Positions 39,633-53,509 of a stretch of DNA of 64,000 bases are shown piece by piece. The translations under genes and the position numbers were made by a program. Numbering within the stretch: position 1 is the first letter of the stretch; every line of letters begins with the position of its first letter. Below the pieces are notes generated by a model that worked only from the letters and a program-made list of their open reading frames with translations, did not search any database and was not told the DNA's origin. This stretch comes from a phage: the sequence record PZ583739.1, one strand, 5' to 3'.

Positions 39633-41182
39633 TGACAACGACTAACACGCTAAAACACATTAGCGATAAATCTGAATATAAAACGTTCGACCCGACGGGG
39701 ACAGCTTTCCCGTCGACTGTTACCAACGTACAAGAGGCTTTAGGGTCTCTTAATAAAATTGCGTTAGATGGATATATCCCAGCCTCTTCCGAAACGACTG
39801 CAGGACTCATCAGACTAGCCACCACACAAGAAGTTATTGATGGTATTAGTCCAGACTCTGCAGTTACTCCAGCGACCTTAAAAGCTCGTTTAGACATCCC
39901 TACGCAAGCCACAGAAACTTATGTAGGTATTACCCGTTATGCAACCAATGCTGAAGCAATTGCCGGGACAGTAACCGATGCGGCTATTGTTCCATCTTCA
40001 TTAAAAGCAACAATTGATGATGTTTTTACTGTTCGTGTCGGTACCGAAAATAATTTGGGTGTTCTTCGTATTAGTACCGAGGATGCAGCTTTAGCTGGTA
40101 CAGATGATACAACTGCTATGTCTCCGTTGAAAGTTGCTCTGGCAATTGGCAAAGCAACAGCAGCTCTTCCGACTTATTCAACTGCCACACAAACTGTTTC
40201 TGGTTTAGTACGAATTGCTACAAATGCTGAAGTGCAAGCAGGAACTCTGGGTGACGGTGTAGCAATTTCTCCGGCTGGTTTAAATGCTCGTACAGCAACA
40301 CAAGACCGCGCGGGGATTATTCGTCTTGGTACTCAGTCAGAGATTAATAACAGTGCTGATGGTGTTGCGGTAACCGGAGCAACTCTTAATGGTCGTGGTG
40401 CTACAACCGATATTCGCGGTGTTGTTAGATTAACTACTCAGGCTGGGGTTGCTCCTGGTGGTGACGGTGCCGGGGCGCTGGCTTGGAACGCCGATGTAAT
40501 CAACACTCGCGGCGGTCAACGAATTAATGGAAGTCTTTCTTTAGATTATATTTCCACCGGCAATTTTGATTCTAATACGGCCCATATGGGTGGCCAATTA
40601 CTTTCCACACAGCGTTATGCTTCCGAACGCGTTCCTGTCGGAACAGTGATGATGTTCGCGGGTGATAGTGCTCCTCCTGGTTGGATTATGTGTCATGGTG
40701 GCACCGTTAATGGTGACCAATTCCCTGACTATCGAAATACTGTTGGAACTCGTTTTGGTGGCGATTGGACTAACGTCGGTATTCCTGATATGCGCGGTTT
40801 GTTTGTTCGCGGTGCTGGTACCGGTGGACATATTCTGAATAACCGCGGTCAAGATGGTTATGGCAAAGACCGTTTGGGTGTTGGTTGTGATGGTTCATGG
40901 GTCGGTGGTGTACAAGCTCAGCAAATGTCATATCATAAACACGCGGGTGGCTGGGGTGAATACCAACGCAACGAAGCTCCATTTGGTGCATCAGTTTATC
41001 AGGGTTATCTGGGCACAAGAAAATATGCAGACTGGGATAACGCTTCATATTTTACTAACGATGGATTTGAACTCGGTGGCGGCAGAGATGCTTTAGGTAC
41101 ATTAAACCGTGAAGGTCTTATTGGTTATGAAACTCGCCCATGGAATATGTCTTTAAACTATATTATCAAAATTCATTACTAA
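39632..41182 (+). CDS. 12: short tail fiber gp12
   Basis: 516 aa with repeated GxxRLxT-type repeats in the N-terminal half. Confidence 0.85.
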   Translation: MTTTNTLKHISDKSEYKTFDPTGTAFPSTVTNVQEALGSLNKIALDGYIPASSETTAGLIRLATTQEVIDGISPDSAVTPATLKARLDIPTQATETYVGITRYATNAEAIAGTVTDAAIVPSSLKATIDDVFTVRVGTENNLGVLRISTEDAALAGTDDTTAMSPLKVALAIGKATAALPTYSTATQTVSGLVRIATNAEVQAGTLGDGVAISPAGLNARTATQDRAGIIRLGTQSEINNSADGVAVTGATLNGRGATTDIRGVVRLTTQAGVAPGGDGAGALAWNADVINTRGGQRINGSLSLDYISTGNFDSNTAHMGGQLLSTQRYASERVPVGTVMMFAGDSAPPGWIMCHGGTVNGDQFPDYRNTVGTRFGGDWTNVGIPDMRGLFVRGAGTGGHILNNRGQDGYGKDRLGVGCDGSWVGGVQAQQMSYHKHAGGWGEYQRNEAPFGASVYQGYLGTRKYADWDNASYFTNDGFELGGGRDALGTLNREGLIGYETRPWNMSLNYIIKIHY

Positions 41183-41190
41183 GGACCAAA

Positions 41191-42822
41191 ATGATTAATA
41201 AACTCAGTCTCAAAGAGCTGCCGTATAGCATCGGTATTCCAGACGAAGGTCAACAGAGAATTCGTTGGATACAAAACGGCGATTGTATGACTGCGGCCAG
41301 TACCAAATATGGTTATGATGGTAATTTGAACGCCGCTGCAGTTGGCGTTCAAACAAACGTAGATACACTCGACGACAACTCAAATGCATCTAAAGAAAAA
41401 ATCAACGAAATTATTGATAACGTCAATAATATTCAGGAAGCTTTGGATATAACAACTAACACAGAAGTTGTTAAACAAATTGAAAAAAACCGTACGGATA
41501 TTCTTGACCTTGATGAACGTCAATTTAATACCGAATTGCTGTCAAGTGAAACATCCGAAGGTCTTAAAACGTTAAAAGAAGATGTTGGTGCTTATGACCC
41601 GTTAACCGATTCATATTATCGCACAGTTCGTAATGACCTCGTATGGATTAAAAATGAATTAGGTCAGTATGTTGACCAAGATATAAATGGTCTCCAGGTT
41701 ATCGGCAATCCATCAAAAGGCATGAAACGCCGCATCATCGATAACAGTTCTGCTATTGTTGCTCATGGAGTTCGTATTAAGACTCTTGAGGACAATTACC
41801 ATGATTCTGATGTTGGTTCTCTTAACGTAAAAGTAATTAAAATTCGCGAAGAATTAGGTGAGTCTACTTTAGCAATAGGTAAACCGGCTGTATTTGTTAG
41901 ACTGAATACTCTTGATGGTAAAGCAGTCGAAATTGACGAAGATATTGCCAACATTCAAGAAGCTATTGGTTTTGGTACAGGGATTGCAATTACAACCCGC
42001 GTTGAAAATCTTGGTGGGCGTGTTTCGGTCAATGAAACAGATATTGCGAATATCAAACCAAGACTCACTAAGGTTGAAGCTGATATTGGAACAGCACTGG
42101 AGCCATTGACAATTAATGGTCGAATCAGTGCTTTACGAGCGGATGTCAATGGATTACAGGTTGTTGTTGGCCAGGATTCAAGTTCCGGTTTGCGTGGTAC
42201 CACTGCATGGCTTTCTCAGAGAATCGGTACAGAGCAATCTCCAGAGCCAAACACTATCACGTATAAGTTGAATGCAACCACTACGCTGGCTAACGAAACT
42301 GCATCAGGTCTCCAGGATGTACAAGCTGAAATTGGTACAAATAACACTGGTATGAAAGGTTCTATTTTGACTTTAACTAGTCAGATGAATGGTACAAACC
42401 CTAACGGTGCTACTGTGGCTGAACGTGGTGTTCTTCCGGTTGTAATTAACTTGGATATGCTGATGGCGTCCAAGCTGAACGATGCACCACTGGATAATAA
42501 GCTATATGGACGTAAGCAAGGAACCTGGGCTGAAATTATCGATGCTAAAACCGAGATTGATGCAATTAAACTCGATACTGCAAAAATCGCACCATTAACT
42601 ACTCGTGTGACAACTCTTGAAGGTACAGTAACTCCGCTTCCTGGTCGCCTGGATGCGGCCGAGACGAAGATAACTACTTTAGAAGGTAAAGTATCAGCCT
42701 TAGAAACAGAGCTCGCCAAAAGGCCTCCTGTCGCTCCTGTGGCCGATGGCCTCCCGTATGTTCTAGTTGATAATGCATGGGTTCTTTTGTCAACATTTGT
42801 GACATTAAATCCAGCACCATAA
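41191..42822 (+). CDS. wac: fibritin (whisker) Wac
   Basis: Coiled-coil repeats and C-terminal foldon-like YVLVDNAWVLLSTF; start set at the ATG after the gp12 stop. Confidence 0.85.
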   Translation: MINKLSLKELPYSIGIPDEGQQRIRWIQNGDCMTAASTKYGYDGNLNAAAVGVQTNVDTLDDNSNASKEKINEIIDNVNNIQEALDITTNTEVVKQIEKNRTDILDLDERQFNTELLSSETSEGLKTLKEDVGAYDPLTDSYYRTVRNDLVWIKNELGQYVDQDINGLQVIGNPSKGMKRRIIDNSSAIVAHGVRIKTLEDNYHDSDVGSLNVKVIKIREELGESTLAIGKPAVFVRLNTLDGKAVEIDEDIANIQEAIGFGTGIAITTRVENLGGRVSVNETDIANIKPRLTKVEADIGTALEPLTINGRISALRADVNGLQVVVGQDSSSGLRGTTAWLSQRIGTEQSPEPNTITYKLNATTTLANETASGLQDVQAEIGTNNTGMKGSILTLTSQMNGTNPNGATVAERGVLPVVINLDMLMASKLNDAPLDNKLYGRKQGTWAEIIDAKTEIDAIKLDTAKIAPLTTRVTTLEGTVTPLPGRLDAAETKITTLEGKVSALETELAKRPPVAPVADGLPYVLVDNAWVLLSTFVTLNPAP

Positions 42823-42825
42823 TAA

Positions 42826-42846
42826 AAGGGCTTCGGCCCTTTTTTC
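42826..42846 (+). terminator. hairpin terminator after wac
   Basis: gggcttcggccc followed by TTTTTT. Confidence 0.6.
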
Positions 42847-42847
42847 G

Positions 42848-42855
42848 TATAAATA
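42848..42855 (+). promoter_or_regulatory. late promoter TATAAATA (gene 13)
   Basis: Exact TATAAATA upstream of gp13. Confidence 0.55.
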
Positions 42856-42873
42856 CAGTAAAGAGGAAAACAT

Positions 42874-43812
42874 ATGGCAACTGAATCATACAACCCGAAA
42901 CAATTAAAAGATGCAATCCTTCGTCGTCTTGGTGCGCCAATCACGAATATCGAAGTTACGACCGAACAGGTTTATGATTGCATCCAGCGTGCATTAGAAT
43001 TATATGGCGAATATCACTATAATGGTTATAACAAAGGTTATCAGGCTTTTTATATTGGCCATGATGAAGTTTCACAGCAGAAATTCCGCGATGGTGTTTT
43101 CGATTTAAAAGGCCGTAATATTTTTGCAGTAACGCAGATTATTCGTACTAACGTCGGTTCATTAACTTCGATGGACGGGCAAGCCACATATCCGTGGTTC
43201 ACAGATTTTGTTCTGGGACTTGCTGGGATTAACGGTGGAATGGGTAGCTCATGTAACAGCTTTGGACCAAATGCTTTTGGTGCAGACCTTGGTTATTTTA
43301 CACAGCTTATGCAATACCGTTCAATGATGCAAGACCTGATGGTTCCGCTGCCAGATTACTGGTATAATGACGATACTGAACAACTTAAAATTATGGGCAA
43401 CTTCCGTCAGGGAGATGTGATTGTAATTGAAGTTTATACCAAATCATATAACGGTGTGGATTCAATGGTAGGCAATACAGCTGGCTATGGTTTTGCTTCG
43501 GCCGATTGTGATAATCCATGGAATGCTGGTGCACAGTGGGATAACCCAGCGCGCAGAATAAGCGGCATGAGAGCCGGTGAGGACCTTGGACTTCAAGATG
43601 GTGCATACAACAATCGTTGGGTGAAAGACTATGCCACGGCACTCGTTAAGGAAGTTAATGGCAACGTATTAGCTAAACACCAGGGAATGATGATGCCAGG
43701 TGGCGTCACAGTTGATGGTGTTCGTTTAATCGAAGAAGCTCGTATGGAAAAAGAACGTCTTCGCGAAGAACTTGACCTGCTGGATGCACCGACTCCTATA
43801 TTGGTGGGCTAA
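42874..43812 (+). CDS. 13: neck protein gp13
   Basis: 312 aa; synteny. Confidence 0.85.
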   Translation: MATESYNPKQLKDAILRRLGAPITNIEVTTEQVYDCIQRALELYGEYHYNGYNKGYQAFYIGHDEVSQQKFRDGVFDLKGRNIFAVTQIIRTNVGSLTSMDGQATYPWFTDFVLGLAGINGGMGSSCNSFGPNAFGADLGYFTQLMQYRSMMQDLMVPLPDYWYNDDTEQLKIMGNFRQGDVIVIEVYTKSYNGVDSMVGNTAGYGFASADCDNPWNAGAQWDNPARRISGMRAGEDLGLQDGAYNNRWVKDYATALVKEVNGNVLAKHQGMMMPGGVTVDGVRLIEEARMEKERLREELDLLDAPTPILVG

Positions 43813-44597
43813 TGGCTACTTATGACTCAAGATTATTCGCCCGGCTCGAAGACGGGACCGGGTATGACAATACTAATGCTACAGAGATATTGAACCCTTA
43901 TGTAAACTTTATGCATCATGAAAATACCCAGACTTTAGCCGATGCTATTGTTGCCGAAAGTATTCAGATGCGCGGAATGTCTCTCTATTATATCCCAAGA
44001 CAATTCGTTAAACCGGATTTGTTATTCGGTGAAGACCTCCAGAGTAAATTTGATAAAGCATGGAAATTTGCAGGTTATCTGGATACGTTTGACGCATATC
44101 AGGGTGATGGTTCTATCTTTAGTAAATTCGGTATGACTGTGAATGATGAAATCACAATATCGATTAACCCTAATCTGTTTAAACATCAATGCAACGGAAC
44201 CGAACCTATTGCAGGGGATTTGATTTATTTCCCTCTTGATAACAGCCTGTTCGAAATTACATGGGTGCAACCTTACGACCCATTCTATCAGGTAGGTCAA
44301 AACGCCATTCGTAAAATCACCGCGAGCAAATACATTTACTCCGGGGAAGAACTTAAACCTGAATTGCAACGGAATGAAGGTATTAATATTCCAGAATTCA
44401 GTGAGCTCGATTTACAACCAATCCACAATATCGATGGTCTTACAGATATCAGCGATATCCCTTATGCTGAATCCAATGAGATTAACGCAGAAGCAGCTGA
44501 ATATATTAAACCATATTTTGTGCAGAATGGTCGTGGACTTGAGGCTCCTCCTAAGGCAAAACAGGATAGCTTTGACGATAGTTTCTTTGATGAATAA
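43812..44597 (+). CDS. 14: neck protein gp14
   Basis: 261 aa; synteny. Confidence 0.85.
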   Translation: MATYDSRLFARLEDGTGYDNTNATEILNPYVNFMHHENTQTLADAIVAESIQMRGMSLYYIPRQFVKPDLLFGEDLQSKFDKAWKFAGYLDTFDAYQGDGSIFSKFGMTVNDEITISINPNLFKHQCNGTEPIAGDLIYFPLDNSLFEITWVQPYDPFYQVGQNAIRKITASKYIYSGEELKPELQRNEGINIPEFSELDLQPIHNIDGLTDISDIPYAESNEINAEAAEYIKPYFVQNGRGLEAPPKAKQDSFDDSFFDE

Positions 44598-44640
44598 ATA
44601 CATTTATTAATGCGCCCGAACTGGGCGCCTGGAGGTTACT

Positions 44641-45512
44641 TTGTTTGGGCATTTTTATAATTCGTCTCTGCGTCGCTATATCGTTTTAATGGGCGATTTA
44701 TTTTCCCATGTACAAGTGGCCAGAACCAGAGAAGACACTGGACTTAAATATATTAAGGTCCCTATTTCTTATGCTTCAAAAGAAAAATTCATGATGCAGC
44801 TTGGAAAATGGACCGCTATTCAGAATACACCGACTCCTGACATGTCACCACAAGAACGTGCTGCTCAGAAGGCTAAAATCGAGACCGTATTGCCCCGTAT
44901 GAACCTACATATGGTTGACTTGATGTATAACGGGCAATATAAAACGGCTCTCCAGAATCACACACAAGCGCGATTTGCTAATAACGACCCTCGCAAGCAG
45001 ATATCTCAATATTCTCCTGTGCCGGTCAAAATGATTTTCGAGCTTGGAATATATACAAGGCATCAAGATGATATGTTCCAGATTATCGAACAAATCATGC
45101 CTTACTTCCAGCCACATTTTAATACAACCATCACTGAACTTTACACGAATGAAATTACATTCGAACGTGATATAAGAATCGTATTGCAGTCAATTGCTAT
45201 GGATGAGCAAATTGAAGGTGATGCAATGACTCGTCGTAGACTCGAATGGTCCATTATGTTCGAAGTTAACGGTTGGTTATATCCACCGGTCAAGGAAGTA
45301 GCCGGGGAAATCCGTACTATCTATCTTGACTTCTTTGCAAATTCCAGAGAGCTTGCACCGGAGGGCAATTTCGAATCTGTTGACTCGGAAGCTGTTCCAC
45401 GAGACGTCGACCAAGAAGACTGGCAAGGTGAATCTGTTCAAACATATTCGCAGGATATTCCTGTGCCGGTTGACCCAGCACCGCCAGCCCCAAGAAAAAA
45501 TAGGGTACCACT

Positions 45513-45516
<4 letters not shown>
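44641..45516 (+). CDS. 15: tail sheath stabilizer / tail terminator gp15
   Basis: [12 protein letters not shown] matches the T4 gp15 N-terminus; apparent TTG start after GGAGG. Confidence 0.8.
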
Positions 45517-47823
<2,307 letters not shown>

Positions 47824-47852
47824 AAGTAAAGCAAACTATTAGAGGACTCAAA

Positions 47853-49832
47853 ATGGCTTTATTATCTCCGGGCATTGAGCTCAAAGAAACAACGGTCCAA
47901 AGCACTGTTGTTCGTAACGCGACGGGTCGTGCGGCGCTGGTTGGTAAATTCCAGTGGGGCCCAGCTTTCCAGGTAACTCAGATTACAAACGAAGTTGAAC
48001 TTGTTGATTTGTTTGGTGGTCCGAATAATGAAACAGCAGATTACTTTATGAGTGGGATGAACTTCCTGCAATATGGTAATGACCTCCGTACTGTACGTGT
48101 TGTTAACCGTGACGAAGCTAAAAACGCATCCCCTATTGCTGGCAATATTGAAACTACCATCGTAACTGCTGGTACAAACTATGCTGTCGGTGATGTTATT
48201 CAGGTTAAACACAACCAGACTGTTGTTGAACCAGCTGGCCGTGTGACCAAGGTCGATGTTGATGGTAAAATTCTGGCAATCTTTATTCCTACCAATAAGA
48301 TTATTGCATTTGCTAAAACTATTAATCAGTATCCTAATTTGGGCAGTGCATGGACTGCAGAAGTTACGACCACTTCTTCCGGTGTATCTGGTACCATCAC
48401 TGTCGGAAAAATTGTTACCGATTCTGGCATTCTGTTGACTGAAGCAGAAAACAGTGAAGAAGCAATTACTTCTCTGGAATTCCAGGCATCATTGGCAAAA
48501 TATGCAATGCCGGGTGTTGTTGCTCTTTATCCTGGTGAAATTGGTTCGACTCTTGAAGTTGAAATCGTATCCAAAGCTGAATTTGAAAAAGGCGCAACTG
48601 CAAATCTGGATATTTTCCCCGGTGGTGGTTCCCGCGCTTCTATAGCTCGTGCAGTGTTTAACTATGGTCCTCAGACCGAAAACCAATATGCAATTATCGT
48701 TCGCCGCGATGGTGCAATCGTCGAAAACGTTGTTTTGTCTACTAAGCAGGGCGAAAAAGATGTTTATGGTAATAACATTTACCTGGATGACTACTTTGCA
48801 AAAGGTACTTCCAACTACATCTATGCAACATCTCGCAACTGGCCTGTAGGCTTCAGTGGTATCATCAATCTGTCTGGTGGTATTTCTGCAAACGATAAGA
48901 TTACCGCTGGTGATTTGATGCAAGGTTGGGACCTGTTCGCTGACCGTGAAGCTCTGCATATCAACCTACTTATCGCTGGTGCTTGTGCTGGTGAAGGTGA
49001 TGCGACCGCTTCCACTGTTCAGAAGCACGTAGTTTCTATTGCTGACGAACGTCAGGATTGCTTGGCATTCATTTCCCCGCCGAAAGGTCTGTTGGTTAAC
49101 GTTCCTCTGACCCGTGCAGTGGATAACCTGATTGACTGGCGTACAGGTGCTGGTGCATTTGATACTGATAACATGAATATCAGCACGACTTATGCAGCGA
49201 TTGATGGCAACTATAAATATCAGTATGATAAATATAACGACGTTAACCGTTGGGTTCCTCTGGCAGCTGATATGGCTGGTCTGTGTGCTCGTACTGATGA
49301 TGTTTCTCAGCCTTGGATGTCTCCGGCAGGTTATAACCGCGGTCAGATTCTGAACGTTCTGAAATTGGCTGTTGAACCACGTCAGACCCAACGTGACCGC
49401 ATGTATCAGGAAGCTATCAACCCGGTTGTTGGTTTCGCAGGTGGTGATGGTTTTGTTCTGTATGGTGATAAGACTGCAACTAAAGTTCCATCTCCGATGG
49501 ACCATATTAACGTTCGTCGTCTTACGAATATGCTGAAGAAAAATATCGGTGATGCATCCAAATATAAACTGTTTGAGCTTAACGATAACTTCACTCGTGC
49601 ATCATTCCGTATGGAAACTTCTCAATACTTGGATGGTATTCGTGCACTTGGTGGCATTTATGAAGGTCGTGTAGTTTGTGATACTACTAACAACACCCCG
49701 GCGGTTATTGACCGAAATGAGTTTGTTGCTAGCATTTATTATAAACCTGCCCGCAGTATTAACTATATACAGCTTAATTTCGTTGCCACTAGCACTGGTG
49801 CTGATTTCGATGAGCTGATTGGGCCACAATAA
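47853..49832 (+). CDS. 18: tail sheath protein gp18
   Basis: 659 aa, identical length to T4 gp18. Confidence 0.92.
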   Translation: MALLSPGIELKETTVQSTVVRNATGRAALVGKFQWGPAFQVTQITNEVELVDLFGGPNNETADYFMSGMNFLQYGNDLRTVRVVNRDEAKNASPIAGNIETTIVTAGTNYAVGDVIQVKHNQTVVEPAGRVTKVDVDGKILAIFIPTNKIIAFAKTINQYPNLGSAWTAEVTTTSSGVSGTITVGKIVTDSGILLTEAENSEEAITSLEFQASLAKYAMPGVVALYPGEIGSTLEVEIVSKAEFEKGATANLDIFPGGGSRASIARAVFNYGPQTENQYAIIVRRDGAIVENVVLSTKQGEKDVYGNNIYLDDYFAKGTSNYIYATSRNWPVGFSGIINLSGGISANDKITAGDLMQGWDLFADREALHINLLIAGACAGEGDATASTVQKHVVSIADERQDCLAFISPPKGLLVNVPLTRAVDNLIDWRTGAGAFDTDNMNISTTYAAIDGNYKYQYDKYNDVNRWVPLAADMAGLCARTDDVSQPWMSPAGYNRGQILNVLKLAVEPRQTQRDRMYQEAINPVVGFAGGDGFVLYGDKTATKVPSPMDHINVRRLTNMLKKNIGDASKYKLFELNDNFTRASFRMETSQYLDGIRALGGIYEGRVVCDTTNNTPAVIDRNEFVASIYYKPARSINYIQLNFVATSTGADFDELIGPQ

Positions 49833-49874
49833 GACTTTACTTCTGATTTAACTTGGGTTATAATGCGCGTATAA

Positions 49875-49882
49875 TATAAATA
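49875..49882 (+). promoter_or_regulatory. late promoter TATAAATA embedded in an inverted repeat
   Basis: gcgcgtat-aaTATAAATAcgcgc upstream of the HNH gene. Confidence 0.5.
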
Positions 49883-49899
49883 CGCGCAAGGATTTACAA

Positions 49900-50505
49900 G
49901 TGATTATTTCTAAATTTGTTGAAGTTAAAATACGAAATCATGCAAAATGGTGGAGTGAATACTTAGGTAAAACTCTAACATACCATGATGTAATTTCTGT
50001 TCCAGTTGAACAAATGCCAGATAATAGTAATAAAAAGATTGAGTGTTCCTGTGATGAATGTGGGGTACATTTTGAGCGCGGCATTCAGCTGCTTCGTCGT
50101 GTTGATAAACATTTATGTAAAGCATGTTCAAGAAAAGATATTGGACAAAAGAATGTTATTGCGCAAGGTGGTGTACCAAGACCATGGCAACGCGGTGAAA
50201 AACATCATAGCTGGAAGGGTAATAAGCGCGAATTCTATTTGTATGCTCAACGCGTTCATGCATTGACAAGAGCAAAACATCTAAAGAATATTTGGTCAAC
50301 ATGGGAAAATGCAGATAAGATAGGAAAATGTGGAGAAGATGGTGCATATCAACTTGACCACAAAGTTTCTATTGCATATGGATTTTATAATCACATACCA
50401 GAGACTGTTATCGCTTCGCTCAACAATTTAGAAATAGTCACTTGGGAATCTAATAGGTCCAAAGGAAAATCAAATAGTATTGACTTATGGGATATATTAT
50501 CCTGA
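49900..50505 (+). CDS. HNH homing endonuclease (freestanding)
   Basis: C-terminal QLDHKVSIAYGFYNH...NLEIVTWESNRSKG HNH motif preceded by Cys-rich zinc finger; GTG start; between 18 and 19. Confidence 0.7.
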   Translation: MIISKFVEVKIRNHAKWWSEYLGKTLTYHDVISVPVEQMPDNSNKKIECSCDECGVHFERGIQLLRRVDKHLCKACSRKDIGQKNVIAQGGVPRPWQRGEKHHSWKGNKREFYLYAQRVHALTRAKHLKNIWSTWENADKIGKCGEDGAYQLDHKVSIAYGFYNHIPETVIASLNNLEIVTWESNRSKGKSNSIDLWDILS

Positions 50506-50640
50506 CAGTAAATGTAATTAAGCAGTAAACCGTAGAACCATTATACAATGCTATAAATAAAAGCATATCATCGGTTCCACGGACTCCTCAGAGCTCCTCC
50601 AGCGACCTAAATACATTTATTGATGAATCATATTACCTAG

Positions 50641-50648
50641 TATAAATA
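50641..50648 (+). promoter_or_regulatory. late promoter TATAAATA (gene 19)
   Basis: Exact TATAAATA; a second copy lies at 50552-50559. Confidence 0.5.
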
Positions 50649-50700
50649 CATGCATCAGGGACGCGTTCGCGCGACCTGTGTCTATAAAGAGGATTCCTTA

Positions 50701-51192
50701 ATGGAGTTGACCGATATCACACGTGCTTTCGAATCCGGTGACTTTGCTCGTCCTAACCTGTTCGAAGTCGAAATCCCATTCCTGGGTAAAAACTTTGCTT
50801 TCCATTGTAAAGCAGCCCCGATGCCAGCTGGCATTGTAGAAAAAGTTCCGGTCGGTTACATGAACCGTAAAATCAACGTGGCGGGTGACCGTACATTTGA
50901 TGACTGGACTATTACGATTTATAACGACGATGCTCATAAAGTTCGTCAAGCAATTGTTGATTGGCAAAACCTGTGTCACGGTATGACTAACGAAATCACT
51001 GGTGCAGCTCCTGCTGATTATAAGAAAACCGCTACTGTCCGCCAGTTCCATCGTGATGGCAAGACCATTACGAAAGAAGTTGTTATTACCGGCATGTGGC
51101 CAACCAACGTTGGGGAAGTCCAGATGGATTGGGACTCCAATAATGAGATTGAGACGTTTGAAACAACGTTCGCAATTGACTGGTGGGAATAA
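50701..51192 (+). CDS. 19: tail tube protein gp19
   Basis: TRAFESGDFARPNLFEVEI matches the T4 gp19 N-terminus; 163 aa. Confidence 0.92.
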   Translation: MELTDITRAFESGDFARPNLFEVEIPFLGKNFAFHCKAAPMPAGIVEKVPVGYMNRKINVAGDRTFDDWTITIYNDDAHKVRQAIVDWQNLCHGMTNEITGAAPADYKKTATVRQFHRDGKTITKEVVITGMWPTNVGEVQMDWDSNNEIETFETTFAIDWWE

Positions 51193-51193
51193 G

Positions 51194-51201
51194 TATAAAT
51201 A
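51194..51201 (+). promoter_or_regulatory. late promoter TATAAATA (gene 20)
   Basis: Exact TATAAATA just after the gp19 stop. Confidence 0.5.
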
Positions 51202-51249
51202 AAGTTATTATGAGGCTTCGGCCTCATTTCCCAAACTTCGGAGACTCTA

Positions 51250-52821
51250 ATGGCAGGTTTTAACACAATACTAAATTTTCTTAAGCCTTGGGCTAAAGAA
51301 GATGAACAAGAATATAAGCAACAAGAAAAAAATAATTTAGAGTCAATGACCGGGCCGAAGTTTGATGATGGGGCTCGTGAAATTGAGTCACAAGAACAAA
51401 ACGTCCCGTATAATGCATTGATGCAACAGATGTTCGGGAGCAATGAACCTGAAGTAAAAAATACCAGGGAATTAATTGACACCTACCGCAACTTACTAAA
51501 TAATTATGAAGTTGATAACGCAGTGCAAGAAATTGTGTCTGATGCTATCGTTTTTGAAGACGGTAAAGATGTTGTAGCTCTTAACCTTGATGCTACCGAA
51601 TTTAGTCAGAAAATTAAAGACCGAATCCTCGAAGAATTCTCGGAAGTCAATAACCTCCTTAATTTCGAGCGCAAAGGTTCTGACCACTTTAAACGTTGGT
51701 ATGTGGATTCTCGAATTTTCTTCCACAAAATTATCAACCCATCAAAACTTAAAGATGGAGTTCAAGAACTTCGTCGCCTTGACCCAAGACAAATCCAGTT
51801 CATCCGTGAAATCGTTACACGCATGGAAAACGGTACAAAAATTGTCGACGGTTACAGAGAATATTTTGTATACGATACTGGCCATGAAAGTTATTGTGCC
51901 GATGGTCGTATATATGAAGCAGGTACTAAAATAAAAATTCCTCGTGCGGCGATTGTATATGCGCATTCTGGATTACTCGATTGTTGTGGCAAGAATATCA
52001 TCGGATACTTGCAACGAGCAATTAAACCTGCAAACCAATTAAAACTATTAGAAGATGCTTTAGTCATTTATCGTATAACTCGTGCCCCAGACCGCCGAGT
52101 CTTTTATATCGATACCGGGAATATGCCGTCTCGTAAAGCAGCAGCACACATGCAACATATTATGAATACGATGAAAAACCGTGTCGTATATGATGCAACC
52201 ACGGGTAAAATCAAAAACCAACAGCACAACATGTCTATGACAGAAGACTATTGGTTGCAACGTCGTGATGGTAAAGCAGTCACCGAAGTTGATACTCTCC
52301 CGGGTGCGCAAGGCATGTCGGATATGGACGATGTTCGCTGGTTTAAGAACAACCTATATCAGGCTCTCCGAATTCCATTATCTCGTATCCCTAATGACCA
52401 AAACAGTGGTGTTATGTTTGATGCGGGCGCGACAATTACTCGCGATGAATTGAATTTCTCTAAATGGATTCGACAGCTACAGAATAAATTTGAAGAAGTT
52501 TTCCTCGACCCACTTAAAACCAACCTTATCCTGAAAAAAATTATTTCAGAAGAGGAATGGGAAAAGGAACTAAATAATATTAAAGTTACGTTCAACCGTG
52601 ATAGCTATTTCACTGAAATGAAAGATGCAGAAATCATGGAACGCAGAATCAATATGCTAACGATGGCTGAACCGTTTATCGGTAAATATATTTCGCATCA
52701 AACGGCTATGAAGGATTTCCTCCAGATGTCTGATGAAGAAATTAATCAAGAAGCTAAGCAAATTGAATTGGAGTCCAAAGAGGCTCGTTTCCAAAACCCT
52801 GAAGAAGAAGAGGATTTCTAA
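51250..52821 (+). CDS. 20: portal vertex protein gp20
   Basis: 523 aa; synteny. Confidence 0.9.
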   Translation: MAGFNTILNFLKPWAKEDEQEYKQQEKNNLESMTGPKFDDGAREIESQEQNVPYNALMQQMFGSNEPEVKNTRELIDTYRNLLNNYEVDNAVQEIVSDAIVFEDGKDVVALNLDATEFSQKIKDRILEEFSEVNNLLNFERKGSDHFKRWYVDSRIFFHKIINPSKLKDGVQELRRLDPRQIQFIREIVTRMENGTKIVDGYREYFVYDTGHESYCADGRIYEAGTKIKIPRAAIVYAHSGLLDCCGKNIIGYLQRAIKPANQLKLLEDALVIYRITRAPDRRVFYIDTGNMPSRKAAAHMQHIMNTMKNRVVYDATTGKIKNQQHNMSMTEDYWLQRRDGKAVTEVDTLPGAQGMSDMDDVRWFKNNLYQALRIPLSRIPNDQNSGVMFDAGATITRDELNFSKWIRQLQNKFEEVFLDPLKTNLILKKIISEEEWEKELNNIKVTFNRDSYFTEMKDAEIMERRINMLTMAEPFIGKYISHQTAMKDFLQMSDEEINQEAKQIELESKEARFQNPEEEEDF

Positions 52822-53081
52822 TGGATGATTTATTTGAAGCCATTAAATCAAACGACCTCGTAGCCGTTCGCAAATATTTTGCTGAAAACATTGGCCCAGT
52901 ATGCGGTAGTTTGATTGAAGAACGTAAGATTGAAATTGCACGTTCCATCATGATTGAAGGCGAAGAGCCTAAAGATGATGAAGATGAAGACAAGGACGAC
53001 GGTAAAGCAGAAAAGAAAGACAAAAAAGAATCTGATGACGCTGACGAAGGCGACGATGATGAAGATGAGGACGATGAATAA
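52821..53081 (+). CDS. 67: prohead core protein gp67
   Basis: 86 aa, highly acidic C-terminus. Confidence 0.8.
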   Translation: MDDLFEAIKSNDLVAVRKYFAENIGPVCGSLIEERKIEIARSIMIEGEEPKDDEDEDKDDGKAEKKDKKESDDADEGDDDEDEDDE

Positions 53082-53509
53082 TGTTTATTATCCCTGATGA
53101 TTACGAATTAACTCTTGAAAACATCGAAAGTGTTTCCGAAGAAGCTCAGGGACAATTTGATTCATTATCTGAAGCCTTAGAAAAAGACGATATAAATATT
53201 ATTGTAGAAAACATGTTTGCAGCCGGTGAATACGAAAAAGCAACGGTTATCGGCGCTCTGAATGAAGGTGTTCAGCTTAACGAATTTATCGTTAAACATG
53301 TATCGTCTCGCGGTGAGTTAACCCGCACAAAAGACCGAGCTACTCGTAAGCGTAATGCTTTCCAAACAACTGGTCTTTCTAAAGCTAAACGTCGTCAAAT
53401 TGCCCGTCTGGCTACTAAAACGAAAAGAGCAAACCCATCTACGCAAATTAGAGCAGAGCGCAAGCGCAAAAAAGCTCGAGCTAAGCGTAAAGCATTCGGA
53501 CTTGATTAA
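53081..53509 (+). CDS. 68: prohead core protein gp68
   Basis: 142 aa; synteny. Confidence 0.8.
   Translation: MFIIPDDYELTLENIESVSEEAQGQFDSLSEALEKDDINIIVENMFAAGEYEKATVIGALNEGVQLNEFIVKHVSSRGELTRTKDRATRKRNAFQTTGLSKAKRRQIARLATKTKRANPSTQIRAERKRKKARAKRKAFGLD

Noticed and set aside
42381-42944. 187 aa minus-strand ORF
   Set aside because: Antisense to wac and the gp13 start; no independent support.
48489-49505. Two long minus-strand ORFs (156 and 179 aa)
   Set aside because: Antisense within gp18 tail sheath; no RBS or promoter context.
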